The notes under the pieces: model-generated
Seen by the model: the letters and a program-made list of their open reading frames with translations, nothing else
Database searches by the model: none
What the model was told of the DNA's origin: nothing
Part shown: positions 12,491 through 28,069 of the stretch, piece by piece
How positions within the stretch are numbered: position 1 is the stretch's first letter
How the letters are laid out: each line of letters begins with the position of its first letter
From: the human T2T-CHM13v2.0 reference genome, Homo sapiens
Assembly: GCF_009914755.1 (NCBI RefSeq)
Contig: NC_060944.1
DNA: 64,000 nucleotides
Strand: one strand, 5' to 3'
Translations under genes and position numbers: made by a program

Positions 12491-15400
12491 ACTAGTACCA
12501 TCTAGGCTAATAAGAAACAAGATAAACTGAGGAACCAAAAGCCCCAAAACTTCAAACTTTTTCTTCTGGACCTCACTTTTATATCCTTTCCATTGAACCT
12601 AGAGATAGCGGTTCCTCCTTCTTATTACCCTGGCACCTCCTCGTCCACTACTTTCCACAATTGTCGTCCTCATGGAGGTGCTAAGGAGCAATAAAATGCC
12701 CAAAAGGCAAGAGAGGAGGAAGGGGAAGCCTCTACTTAGGAAATTTACATCCTAGTCAGTCCTGGTACCAGATGTGTTTCTTAGCAGTGCATCAACATCA
12801 GGAGGGTCTATATGGGAAGGCAACAGCAGATTCTTAGCATTTTCCCTAAACCAGGACTAGAACTGGTCCCATCCTGACCACCACCACTTCTCTGGGTCAC
12901 TGTGTCTCAGGGCCCAGACCATCCCTCTTTAGCAAAGCCTGTCCAACACCCCTAGGTGCTGAGAGGCCCCTCCTACAGGGCCTCAGAGTACATATGCACA
13001 TCTCCTTTAGAAGACGGTAGCGAGCTCGCATTGGAATTTACTCCTCTCCACCAGCCTGATTGTCTGAGGGCTTGCATCATCTCTCTTTCATCTCTATATA
13101 CCTAATATCTAGAAAAGGAACCCTAACTTTATTTCAGATAGGTAAACTAGTCACTGAATGCAGGTTGATTCTCAGGGACCAACCTAGGCCCAGGTAGTTC
13201 TGGTTTAAACTGGGTTCGCAGCCATTCCCAAGTGGGGAGCCGAAATCTTAAAGTCTGATTCTTTCTCTTGTTGAATAGAAGGGGAGATGTGCAAGAATGA
13301 CACAACTCCATTCCAGATACTAATCCAGAGGAAGAGGATGGGAGTTACCACACTGACTCTCAAAAGGGGACAAGAGACCCACATTCATACTCCCAAGCTT
13401 ACCACAGATTACCAACCACGATGCAACCTGCTACAACAGGGGGATTCCCTTTGAAGAGATGGTGCCAAAATTTGATCATGAGGCTTTTCCATGTGAAGAG
13501 AGAAAAGGGGGTGTCTGGGGATTATCCACGAGAATCTGGGGAGGGCTCCAACTGCACAAACTAGCTGTGGGCCACAGAATGCTTGCTCAGCTCATTAGCA
13601 CCTGCTGCTTACAGTGACCATTCATCCAACAGACTGGCCGTGAACAAGATGATGGGATCAGCGGGTTCATGCCCCAGAGAGCTTTGCTCATCATTAACAT
13701 GAGCTACGTCCTGTTCAGGAACCATTCCTCTTGTTGAAGAAACACTGCGATGTAATATGATAAACACGTCCCCATCACGAGTGTAGATTTGTCTAGAAAG
13801 ATCTGCATTAAGGTGGCTGCATTTTGCATGAATCACATGCTGGGGAGGGGTAGGTAGCACTAAAAACTAGTCCCACTTGAGCCTTCAAGTCATTATGGCA
13901 TATGTGCCTGCTTCACTATAAACCTCAAAGGCCTGTGACGTCTGGCTTTCATTGTTTAAGTCCCCTCCTCCTTTGCAAGGGTGGAATTACCTGTTTGTAA
14001 TACCAGCAATTACTATGCACCTTGGAATTGAGCAGAGAGTGTGCTCGAGTGTGCATGTTTAGATTGGAGGGAATTACCCCTACCTTCAAAGTCAAATTCT
14101 ACTCCCCCTTCAATTTGAAATCATGCACCTCAGCCTCTGGAAAGTTGGGAATGGCAGCCAGAAGGAAACAAGTCACATCAATTTGGCTGATGTGAGAGAG
14201 GAGCCTAGCCCTGGAAACTCCACACAAACTCAGAAAGAGAACATTACGTCCCCACCTCCCACACGTCCACCTCATCTGTTCTCCTGAACAAGCACAAACA
14301 AGACACAATAGTTTAGTAGGCTGCTACTGAAAGAGTGAGTAATGGGCTTCTAGGAAAGAGGCTGGTGGTGGCTAAGGAGCTTGTACTGATAGAACCAAAG
14401 GAGGAAAGCAGCAGCCATGTGCTCACCTTGATCTGCTTTTAATGGGGCTATGTCTTCACAAAGAAAAGAGCCAACACCCTGATCCTACTCTCCTACACTT
14501 TTCAAAAGGCACAGGAAGTCCCTACCTACAGTCACCAGCAGCCTCTTGGATAACCAAAGCTGCTAGTGTTACCTAGGAACCCTTTTGGGGATCTAGTCTC
14601 TCTCTGCCCTTTGTCTGAAAACTCCTCTGATCCAGAAAGATTCCTGGGTTTGTCTTACATAAGCAGAAGGCCTGTTCCTTCAGACTTGTCCTTCCTCAGC
14701 AAAACTGTGAAAGAATTCTACTTCTCTTTCAAAGCTGCTCTTCTGGTCTCACATTTTAATCTTAACAACTATAGACTATAGAGAAGCTGACAGAACCTGT
14801 TTCCATAAAACAAACACAATCCTTCCCAGTTACTGGCACAACTCAGTATATTTTCAGCCTAAGATTCTTTCTAGTGCCTGATCTGAAAGGGGAAAGAACC
14901 TTGGACTTGCTATCAGAAGAGCTGCCACTTACTGGCTGGGAAACCATAGGCAGGTTACTTTATTTCTCTGAACCTCAGTTTCCTCAATTTCTAAAATACG
15001 GATTTATTTTCCTTACCTGTAAGATTCGTATAGAGGATTAAATGAAATAATACTCTTGAAAGTGGCTGATACAAAATGTGTGCTCTGAATACATGCAGTG
15101 CCTTCTCTGAGGTCTCGGCTGTGTCTGCCTCTTTTTCCGCATGAGGCCTGAATAGTACTTCTTTTTTTCCTCTTTAATGTTACTTCTCAGGCCTCAGAGT
15201 GAGTTTCCTTCCTTTCCCAACATCTCCCCCAGAATGCAGTCTTCCCCTTTTCCCTCACAACTAACCCTCGGCACATCCCCTTTAAAGAGCCCCTTACTTT
15301 ACCTCCCTCCAGGCACCATCTCCTGGGCCAGAGTTCTCTCTTAAGCAGAGAGCCACTTTCCTATACTCTCTTGTATTATTAGGGCTCCATATCCCAAACA

Positions 15401-17563
15401 GGAATGCTTGCTAAAAACTCTGTATGGTCCTCTTTGAAAGCTGAAACTGAGACATATTTCTCCCCAGTCTGTCCGTCCCCTGTTATGGGCCATGATGCCT
15501 GCTGCTCTCTGATGAAACTATAGTTTTTATGGTGTTACATCATCTCTATAGAAACTGCGTTCTTTCTCCATTATTAGCCTGTTTCCTCATCTGTAAAGCT
15601 AAAAATACTTACCTCACAGGCTTGCTGTAAGGATTATTTTAGTGAGGTATGCAAAGGGCTCAGCACAGAGCTTGGCCTGCTAGAAGTACCCAACAAAAGA
15701 GAGCTATTATCTTTGTCTTTGTATTGAGTTGCATGTTTCCACCTTCTGCTGCCACACTCAAATTCTCCTCACTCCCCCCTAAAAAACAGTTGAGAGATAA
15801 CACCCCTGCACAAGGAAAGGGTTAATCTTTGAGTGTTCTTAACTAAAGAGACCCACAGAGGATTAACAGCTCCACTTCAGTGACTACCCTAAAATAGCTT
15901 TTATCCTCCTGCCCAAGAGTTACTTGGGGATCTGAAGAACTCAATTCAACACCTGCCGGAGGAAATAGACCCAGAACGTTCCTTGGGATAGAATCTTCCC
16001 TTAAGCAGAACCCAAAATAGCAACTGGGAAATTATAAATAGACTTAGAGGAAAGAAAAAACAAAACAAAACAAAACAAAAAACAGATCCTGATCTCAGAA
16101 CCAGAAACAAATCCTAAAACACACTGGTTGGCTGGAAAACAGTGAGAAGAGGGGAAATGGGAATGCTGTCGCCCCCTTCCCCCCCGCCCACTCCAGAGTG
16201 GTGGGAGAATTAAATTACAGGGAGGCTGGAGAGTCTCAATGACTTGCACCATTCCAAGAAACATCAAACAGGATTAACAGGGGTTGGATTTACTCTCAGG
16301 CTGCTAATTCTTCTGTCAGTGTAGATGGGCCCTCTTTGGAGTCTCTTTGATTCACTATTTCCTCAGATTCCTGCTGCCTCCCACTCCTGGGGAGGCCTTG
16401 AACAAATGGCTGCAACTCATCACAACCCCATTTTCATGGGGAGAAAACGTGATTCGACACCCCCGCTCCCAATCTGGTGGCCTCACCTTAGGAGAGAAAG
16501 GTTAGAAACCCAAGACCAGACTCTACACACAGTCCCATGGCTGACAGGTGGAAAAACACACAAGCCAGGAGACAGGCTAAGCTTGCAGGTGAAAGCACCG
16601 ATTCCCCCACACAGGTGTCCCCATATCCTCCACCTAACAGGCCCCTTTCTCCCCACCAAGGTGGGCCACAGCCTGGTCCCAGGCCAACTTTTAGATCACC
16701 CCACTGTGGTGTGGGAAAGGTTCAATTCCCCGAGCCTGGGAGAGATGGGAGTGGATGAGGGCTGGAGAAGCAAAGGAAATCCAGGGAGAAGTCTGGAGGG
16801 AGTCTCTGGGATGGGAAGGAAGAGCGAGGATGGGAAGGAATCATGAGCAACTTTCCTGGGTCTCTAAGGGATCCCCACAAGAATGAAATGGGGGATTATA
16901 AGGGTTGGAAGGCTGGGGGGATGGGGATAGTCAGAAGTGTATCCTCTGAATTTCAAGAGGGTCTCAAAATGGGTAACGGGATGGAAGATGTCGAAAGCCT
17001 GGGAGTATGGCCACTGAGGAGGGAACTACAGGTGGGGCTTATTCGACTTCTCCAGACCCAGATATTTGAGGGAAGCCTCAAAGGGAGTTATGTAAGTCTG
17101 GAAAATGAAACAGGGTACAGAGCGGGCTATCTGGAGCAGGAAAGGGGGTTATGTGGGTCTGGGTAGGCGTGTCGGAGGGAGGGAGCAGGTGCAGCTTATC
17201 TGCGTCCCCCAGACCCGGGTCCCTGGTAAGGTCAGCAGCGCCTTATCTGGGTCTCCAGGGAGCCTAGGGGTCGGGAATGGGGGACCCTCAGGACTGCGTC
17301 TCCAGGTCTCGGAAGGGAGGGGACCGGTGGCTTCCTCGGGTCCCCCAGACACAGGTATGGGGTCCAGGGAGAGTTTTCGTCACCCCAGGGCCTATCTGGG
17401 GCCGGGTTGGCGCAGACCGGGCCCCGGGTCGGGGGTGTGGGCGACCGCGCTGAGGGGCCCGAGATGAGGCGCGCCGCCGCTCCGGGTACAGGGCGCGCGG
17501 ACGCAGCGAGACGGCCTCCCGCCCCTCTCCCCGCCGTCCCCTGGGGCCCTCGCCGGCACTCAC

Positions 17564-17666
17564 CGCGCTCGGGGCCCCACGCTGCGGGCCGGGCCGCGCT
17601 CGGGCTCCGCCAGGCCCCCTCAGGCCCCGGTAGTGGCGGCGGTCGGGCCATTGTGCGGTGCATTGT
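17564..17666 (-). other. PLAGL2: PLAGL2 non-coding exon 1 (TSS approximate)
   Basis: Strong donor GCG|GTGAGT at 17564/17563 inside the CpG island. The 5' end cannot be fixed from sequence. Confidence 0.8.
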
Positions 17667-17864
17667 GGGAGCCGCGCGAGCGGGCGCTCGGGTCGTGGAG
17701 GGGGCGGTGCCGCGGGATCTCTATGGTCCCGCCCGCCCGCGGGCTAGAGCGGCCGGGGCGGTGCGCGGGCGGCGCGCAGGGACCGCTGGGAGCGGGGCGG
17801 GCGCTCGCGTCCCTCCTTCCCTCCCCGACTGTGCGCCGCGGCTGGCTCGGGTTCCCGGGCCGAC

Positions 17865-17988
17865 ATGGGCGCCGCCGCGTGGGCACGGCCGCTGAGCGTG
17901 TCTTTCCTGCTGCTGCTTCTGCCGCTCCCGGGGATGCCCGCGGGCTCCTGGGACCCGGCCGGTTACCTGCTCTACTGCCCCTGCATGG
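17865..17988 (+). CDS. POFUT1: POFUT1 exon 1 (signal peptide; 124 nt)
   Basis: gacATGG start; [42 protein letters not shown]; donor TGG|GTAAGG. Confidence 0.97.
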
Positions 17989-18457
17989 GTAAGGCCTCCC
18001 AAGCCCTCTGCTCAGATGGAGAAACTGAGGCCGGGAGAGGAAAAGCCACTCCTCAGATGCGCCCAGAGACACCTTCACAGGTCCAGGAGAGAACCTCAGA
18101 GCGGGACGGGGCATGCTCTTCTCCTCTCTGCCTTAGTTGCAAGGGCACAGAGGGGCCAACGTGTCCAACTTTCCATTTGACAGATGAGAAAACTGAGGCT
18201 GGGAGAGGTTACGTGACTTGCTTGAGGTCTAAGCCAGTCCAGGGTCCAGTAAATGGAGTTAGTGGGGCAGGACTTGATGTCACTGACCCACGCTGGCTCC
18301 TGGTGATTTTTCATTGATTCAGCAAATATTTATGGGGCACCTATTCTGTGCCGGGCCCTGTTCTCTGTACTGGGAATACCGCAGTGAATAAGATAAACTC
18401 CGTGTCCTTGTAGAGCCTTCATTTTAGTTGGGGAAGACAAACAATTGAGAATAAGTA

Positions 18458-18770
18458 GGCCAGGCGCGGTGGCTCACTTCTGTAATCCCACCACTTTGAG
18501 AGACCGAGGCAGGATCACTTGAAGCCAGGAGCTCGAGATCAGCCTAGGCAACATAGTGAAAATCCAATCTCAAAAAAAAAAAAAAAAAAAAGCAGAGCGT
18601 GGTATCGTGTGCTTGTAGTCCCTTGGGAGTTATCTGGGCGGCTACTTGGGAGGCTGAGGTGGGAGGATCTCTTGAGCCGAGGAATTCGAGGCTGCAGTGA
18701 GCTCTGATCGTGCCACCGCACTGCCAGCCTGGGTGACAGAGTGAGACCCTGTCTCGAAACAAGCAAACCC
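18458..18770 (+). mobile_element. Alu (AluJ-like)
   Basis: Alu consensus with expanded A-rich linker. Confidence 0.9.
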
Positions 18771-18884
18771 AAAAAGGGGTAAACATAAAACAATAAATAC
18801 ATAGTTTCATAGAGGATGATGAATACTAAGGGAAAATAAAGAGAGCAGGGTAGGGGAGAATCTAAAGACCATGCCAGGTGCACA

Positions 18885-19437
18885 GTTGAAATGGGTATGG
18901 TGGATCATCATTGTGGAAGTGGATGATCTTAAGGCCCCCAGTGGCTTCCAGACTCCTGACCATGACTTTCAGGGCCCTGAATGATGTGGCCTCCACTGGC
19001 CATCTCCACAACTCCCTTCTCTGCTGATCCTCCAGCTGCAGCCACACTTAACTCCTTTGCGTTCCTCACACATGCTCAGGTCTTCCAGTCTGCACTGCTG
19101 CAGGTGGCGGTCCCTATGCCTGGAATCCTCTCCTCCATTTCTGCCTGACCAGCTGTTTCCCATCCTTTAGATCTCAGCCTAAATGTCACCAGAAAGGATT
19201 TCACTGACCTCTACCCAAGTAATCTCCTCATTACCCTATCACCAAACTTTTTTCATCTCTTTCTGGCAATTATCAACATTTTTCATGTATTTGTTTACAT
19301 GTTTAGTGTCTCTGCAGTGAACTGTGAGTGCCTTAGGGGCAGAGGCCTTGTCCTTCTTGTTCATTCCTGTATCCCAGCACCTAGCACAGAGTCTGGCACA
19401 TTGTGGCCTCTCAATCATATTTGTGAAATGAATGAAC
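18885..19437 (+). mobile_element. L2 LINE 3' fragment
   Basis: Ends in L2 terminus ...cctagcacagagtctggcacat...atttgtgaaatgaatgaa. Confidence 0.6.
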
Positions 19438-19990
19438 AGGTGCCATGCTGGGATTAAGAAAAGGAATCACACAGGGTCCTTGCTTCTGAGGCATTCACAG
19501 GCTGAGGAATCAGCCAGTACGAAGGCCAGGAAGTGAGCAAAGATACTTGAGGAAAATTGAAGAACTGAAGTAGCTCAGAGCCAAGGTGGGAGGTAAAGGA
19601 GGGAGAGTGAGTATGGCAGGGGATTGGTGAAAGGAGCCCAGTGAATGAGGCATTCGAGTTGCCCGTCCATGTGCAGGTGAATGGAGATAGAGGTAGAAGC
19701 TCTTCTGGCTGAGGGACAGCAAGATCAGAGGCATTGGGTGGGGATGGGAATTGTAGAGCATGTTGGGGAAACAGCAAGAAACCTGGAGTGGCGGAAGCAG
19801 TTGTTGCAGGACCTGAAGAGCCTTGGATATCAGACCCAAGAGTCCAGACTTGTTCTTATGCTGCCAGCTCCCCTAGTTCTCCTTGGTATCCCTGACTTTC
19901 TACCCCTGGCTCCACAACCTTTCTGAGCCCTGCATGCTCTATGCCCTCCATGCCCCAGGCCTCACCTCACCCGCAATGTACCATTTCCAG

Positions 19991-20112
19991 GGCGCTTTGG
20001 GAACCAGGCCGATCACTTCTTGGGCTCTCTGGCATTTGCAAAGCTGCTAAACCGTACCTTGGCTGTCCCTCCTTGGATTGAGTACCAGCATCACAAGCCT
20101 CCTTTCACCAAC
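19991..20112 (+). CDS. POFUT1: POFUT1 exon 2 (122 nt)
   Basis: ttccag|GGCGC; [10 protein letters not shown] motif (R43, N46), sequon N62RT; donor AAC|GTGAGT. Confidence 0.97.
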
Positions 20113-21148
20113 GTGAGTACTTCCCACTGACCTTGGCCTTTCTCCGCCCTTTCTCAGTCTTGCTTACTTACACTTAACCCTCAAGTCCTCTGGGCTTTAC
20201 CTCCCACTCCTCTGAGATTTCCCTACCTCCAGCCAGAACTGTCTTCACTGCAATAACAATGCCTAACATTTATTTATCCAGCACCTGTTGTGTGCGGCTG
20301 CATGAGAATTAGCTCATTTCACCCTCATCACTTGCCTGTGAGGAAACCGGGGTTTACAGAGGTTAGGTAACTTGCCCAAGATCACACAGCCTGTGAGTAG
20401 GAGAGCTGGAATTCAAAGCTATCTTTGTCTGACTCCAGAGCCTGTGACTTGAACCTAAAGCCTCCATTTCCTTCCCTGATTGGTCCTACCCTCTGTGCAT
20501 TCCATTGGCCAAGGGTGGCAGATGCTATTATCAATTTTAAAGGAGACATGCAGGCACAGGTTATTTAATGACATGTCCAAGGCCACAACCCAGGTAGTCT
20601 GGCTTCAGTGCTGCCTCTCACCCCATCAAGGGGCTCCCTTGTCATGCGATGCTCACCGGCCCCCAGTTCCTTGCTTATTCTTTGTGTCTTCCAGTGACCT
20701 TGTGTCGTTGTTCATATTGTATCTCCCGGAGCCTGGCAGTAGGAACTTAATTAGTATTTGATGAATTGACTTAATAATTTTCCAGTAGACATCAGAAATA
20801 ATACTTAGTGTGAACAAAACACTTAATTTCATTCTTACAACCTTTTCTCTGCATAGATTTTACTTTTTCCTTTGCATGCCAGTATTTACAGAGGTTTTGA
20901 GCAGCAGTCAAAAGCCAGAGTACCAGAGATCATAGTCTGACTTGGGTTCTTACTAGTTGCATGGCCTGGACAGGGTACTTTACCTCTTTGTGCCTCAGTG
21001 TCCTCATTTTAAAAATAAGCTGGTAATGATTCTTGTTACCCTCTTGTGGTAAGGACTGAATGTGTCAGTGGCAGTAACACGCCTTCAGTGTTGTCATATG
21101 CCGCCTCCCTCTTAGAATCAACTGAGCTTATCAACGTACAGATCCTAG

Positions 21149-21490
<342 letters not shown>

Positions 21491-22190
21491 TCGCACTCAC
21501 TATTACAGTGTAGACATTGCCCATCCATCTCCCTCTGGCTTGCTTGCCTCTGTCTCCTTGCCTTCTCAGCCAGTTGTCTTTCCAAGTCCCCACTTCCTTG
21601 CTTTCTGTGGCTTACTAACCTGCTCCAACAAGGCTCTTCTTCGCCACTGTTAGCATTCTCACTGAGGTCACCAGTGACCTCCAAATTGGCAGGGGTTATT
21701 TCCCAGTCTTTCTCTCACCTGACCTCCCACTGGCACTTGACCCTGCAAGCTTCTCCTTCCTGAACTTCCCTGTTCCAAGACACCACCTGTCCCTGCTACA
21801 ATCTAACCTCTCAGCATTTTCCTCTTTCCACTGTATCAGGGGCTCCTTTCTCTCCACCCACTGTTTAGATGTTAGTGTTTCTCCTCTTTCTGTTTGCTTA
21901 CTAGCTATGTGACCTCAGATGTTATCTAGATTCTGTATGCTTGGGTTTCTTCATAAGTAACCTGGAGATGGTTATATTCCTACCTCAGGATTAAATGTGC
22001 AAATCTATGTAAAGTGATGAGTGCAGTACCTAGCACTGTGTCAACATGCAATAAATATTAGTTGCTATTATTACCATTACTTGCTTTGCTATAAATATCT
22101 GTTGACTCCTGTGGCTTTTACTCTTCTCCGTGTACCTCCCAAATTTATCTGTGGCCCAGACTCAGACTCCTCCATAATTACAGGCCTGTG

Positions 22191-23760
<1,570 letters not shown>

Positions 23761-24021
23761 TTAACACTTTCTCATGTTTGTTTCATCTTCTCTTTTTGTT
23801 AATAAAAGAAATAAAGCGTTACAGATAAAGTTGGTAAAAGATGAAGTCTCTTTTTGGCCCCTGGGGCTAACCCTGTTCCCTTAACAACTGTTGTGGATAT
23901 AGTGTATTTGGTGTGACTCCTTTGATGTTCCTTCCTATACTTTCATTGTGGCACTGAGCATCCTGGTACTGATCTCCAGGTCCAAAGTGCAAGAACTTCT
24001 GTACTTCTCTAGAGCAAATAG

Positions 24022-25140
<1,119 letters not shown>

Positions 25141-25189
25141 TAGCCACGGGGGCACTGAGACGGGACCTCTGCTCCTCCTTTTCCTGTAG

Positions 25190-25558
<369 letters not shown>

Positions 25559-26529
25559 TGAACCTTCATTTCTACCTACAAAATAGAGATGCCAGTCCCT
25601 GCTCTGTCTCACTCCTAAAGTGTCATGAGGGCCAGGTGAAAAAGTGCTTGTAAACTGCAAAGTGCCACATCAGTAATAATAACTAATATTCATGTAGCAC
25701 TTACTATGTATGTCAGGTACCACGCTAAGAGCTTTACATGTATCAACTCATTTAATACTCACACTGTTCCATGAGGAAAATACTTATAATATCCCCACTT
25801 CATAGAGAGGACACCGAGGATGGCACAGAGAGGGTCAGTGTCTTACCCAGGATCACACAGCAAACAAGTGGTAGAGCTGGGATTCAACCTTAGGTAATTT
25901 GGCACCATTGTCTACCCACTTAACTTGAATACCTTCCTGCATCTCAGCAGGTAAATGAGAGGCTGTCATATCTTATTAAAAGAAATTTATACATTTCTGG
26001 CACTTTGGAAATAAACCCCCAAGTATGTCTTTCGGTGTATGTGCTAAAGTCTTGGGAAAGTGGTTGGAAGAACTATGAAATTTGAGAAAGGAGACCTAGC
26101 TCACAGCCCCAACAGTGCCCTTACTGGCTGTGTAACCTTGGGTAAGTGTCTGACCCTCAGTGGGCCTTGGTTTCCACCTTGAAAATGAAGGCATTGGATT
26201 AGCCAATCTTGAATGTCTCTTGAAGCTCTAGTCCTTGGTTCAAAATCCAAGGTCTGCTTCTCCCCAGACCCTCATCAGTGCTGCTGGGTCAGCAGGATGT
26301 GACATGTGAACAGGAAAGACTCTCCTGCTGGAATCCAGAATTGAAGCCACGGCACTCTGCTCAGCCCCTGGCCTAGGAATTGCAGAGTGACATTTCTCCT
26401 AGGCCATCCTGTGAGAGTGTTTTGGCCTGAGTCACATCACCCAGCTTCCCCCACCTACACTTCCCTGGCCCCATCCCCAAATGGCTTTCCCTCCCCATCA
26501 GTAAGCCTTCCACCACTCTCTTTCTGCAG

Positions 26530-26642
26530 GAAGGAAACCCCTTTGGCCCATTCTGGGATCAGTTTCATGTGAGTTTCAACAAGTCGGAGCTTTTTACAGG
26601 CATTTCCTTCAGTGCTTCCTACAGAGAACAATGGAGCCAGAG
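26530..26642 (+). CDS. POFUT1: POFUT1 exon 4 (113 nt)
   Basis: tttctgcag|GAAGGA; [22 protein letters not shown]...WSQR, sequon N160KS; donor GAG|GTACTT. Confidence 0.97.
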
Positions 26643-26928
26643 GTACTTGGAGGGGGTAGCGTTTCTGGGTTTAGGGGAGGCGCATGGAGCTCATGAGCAT
26701 TCAGCACCTTCTGGCACTCTCCCCATCTTCCCAACTCTGATGTATGAGACCAAAGGTGCAGGTGCTCTGTCTGTTGAACTTGGAATCCTGTGTGATCTGT
26801 TCCCATGTCCACGCCTGACACGGTGGAACATTGACCCGCCATGAGATTGAGAAAGAGTTCATCGGTTGATAAGGGATGTCATAAAAAGAACATTCTGCAG
26901 TCGCATGAGTCTCAATTTCCTCCTCTAG

Positions 26929-26971
26929 GCGTGAGAATCACTCCTGTGTTACCTTACTCTTCCCAAGGTGA
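26929..26971 (+). CDS. POFUT1: POFUT1 alternative terminal exon (short 194-aa isoform)
   Basis: Acceptor tttcctcctctag|G in phase with exon 4 gives ..R-RENHSCVTLLFPR* and 194 aa in total, matching the short isoform as I recall it. Confidence 0.8.
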
Positions 26972-27339
26972 AACTGGAAGCAGCTTCTAGAGAACAGCTT
27001 CAGGTGCAGACCGAGAAATGACGTCATCCTGATAATTATTGGACGTGTTTATTAATTGCACCCCATTAGCCCCTGTTTTTAAAAAATATAGGTTAGCAGG
27101 ACGTGGGCACAGGCCGTGAAACATTTATAGGGCGCCTGTCACGTGTGAGACATAGTAATCAGAGGCCAATGGTGATGTGTGAAAATGAGGATGACCAGCT
27201 CTGGTTTTCTAGGAGCTATGGTCTCATAATGACAATAATCAGCATAGTGTACTTGTCCTTAATGTTATAGCATGGCAGGAAAGACCATGGGCTTAGAAGG
27301 CAGACATTGGTTAGGAGGTGCAGGGAACATACTAATTCA

Positions 27340-27550
<211 letters not shown>

Positions 27551-28069
27551 CAGGCCAAGGAGTGAGATAGCCAGCGCTGATGGTATCTGCCTCGTAGTGC
27601 ATGAAGTGCATGTCATACACTAAGCAGCCAGCCAGTGTTGGCTGTCAGTGTTATTACTCACATGCTTTATTTTATTTAAGACTTTGAGATAGTTCATGAA
27701 GTGGGTATTATTATCAATTTCCATTTTATAGGTGAGGAAACTGAGCCCAGTGAAGTTAAATAACTTCCCAAGGTCATTGAGCTGTTGAGTGGACAGCTCA
27801 GGTCTGTTTGTAAATCTTTAATAAATAACAACAGCTAAGATTCATTTAGTGTCTTCTATGTGCCAGACACTGTTCTAAGTCTTCACAGGTATTGACTCAC
27901 TTAATCTTTCCCTGAGTCTGTGGGTTGTTACTGCCATCTGTGCTTTACACTTAGAGAAATTGAAGCAGAAAGGAATAAGGTCCCTTGCCCAAGGTCATAA
28001 AGCTTGAAGTTGCAGAGCTTGGTTTTGAACCCAGAAGTCTGAATCCAAAGCACCAGTTACTTTATATAT

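Larger units (their letters stand above)
17150..18060. promoter_or_regulatory. CpG island / bidirectional promoter of PLAGL2 and POFUT1
   Basis: Dense CpG; divergent first exons ~200 bp apart; ZNF143/Staf-type TCCCACAATGCACCGC (minus, 17670-17655); GC boxes near 17702 and 17795; no obvious TATA. Confidence 0.9.

Noticed and set aside
17701-17716. PLAG-type GRGGC-N8-GGG site suggesting autoregulation
   Set aside because: Expected by chance in such G-rich DNA.
17232-18114. Multiple 90-165 aa ORFs over the bidirectional promoter
   Set aside because: CpG-island artefacts. Only the spliced uORF1 part is retained as a finding.
17989-18317. POFUT1 exon 1 ORF extending to 150 aa
   Set aside because: Read-through past a strong GTAAGG donor into MIR-like intron sequence.
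26643-26844. Exon 4 frame open 67 codons into intron 4
   Set aside because: No recognisable protein features; would need intron-retention evidence.
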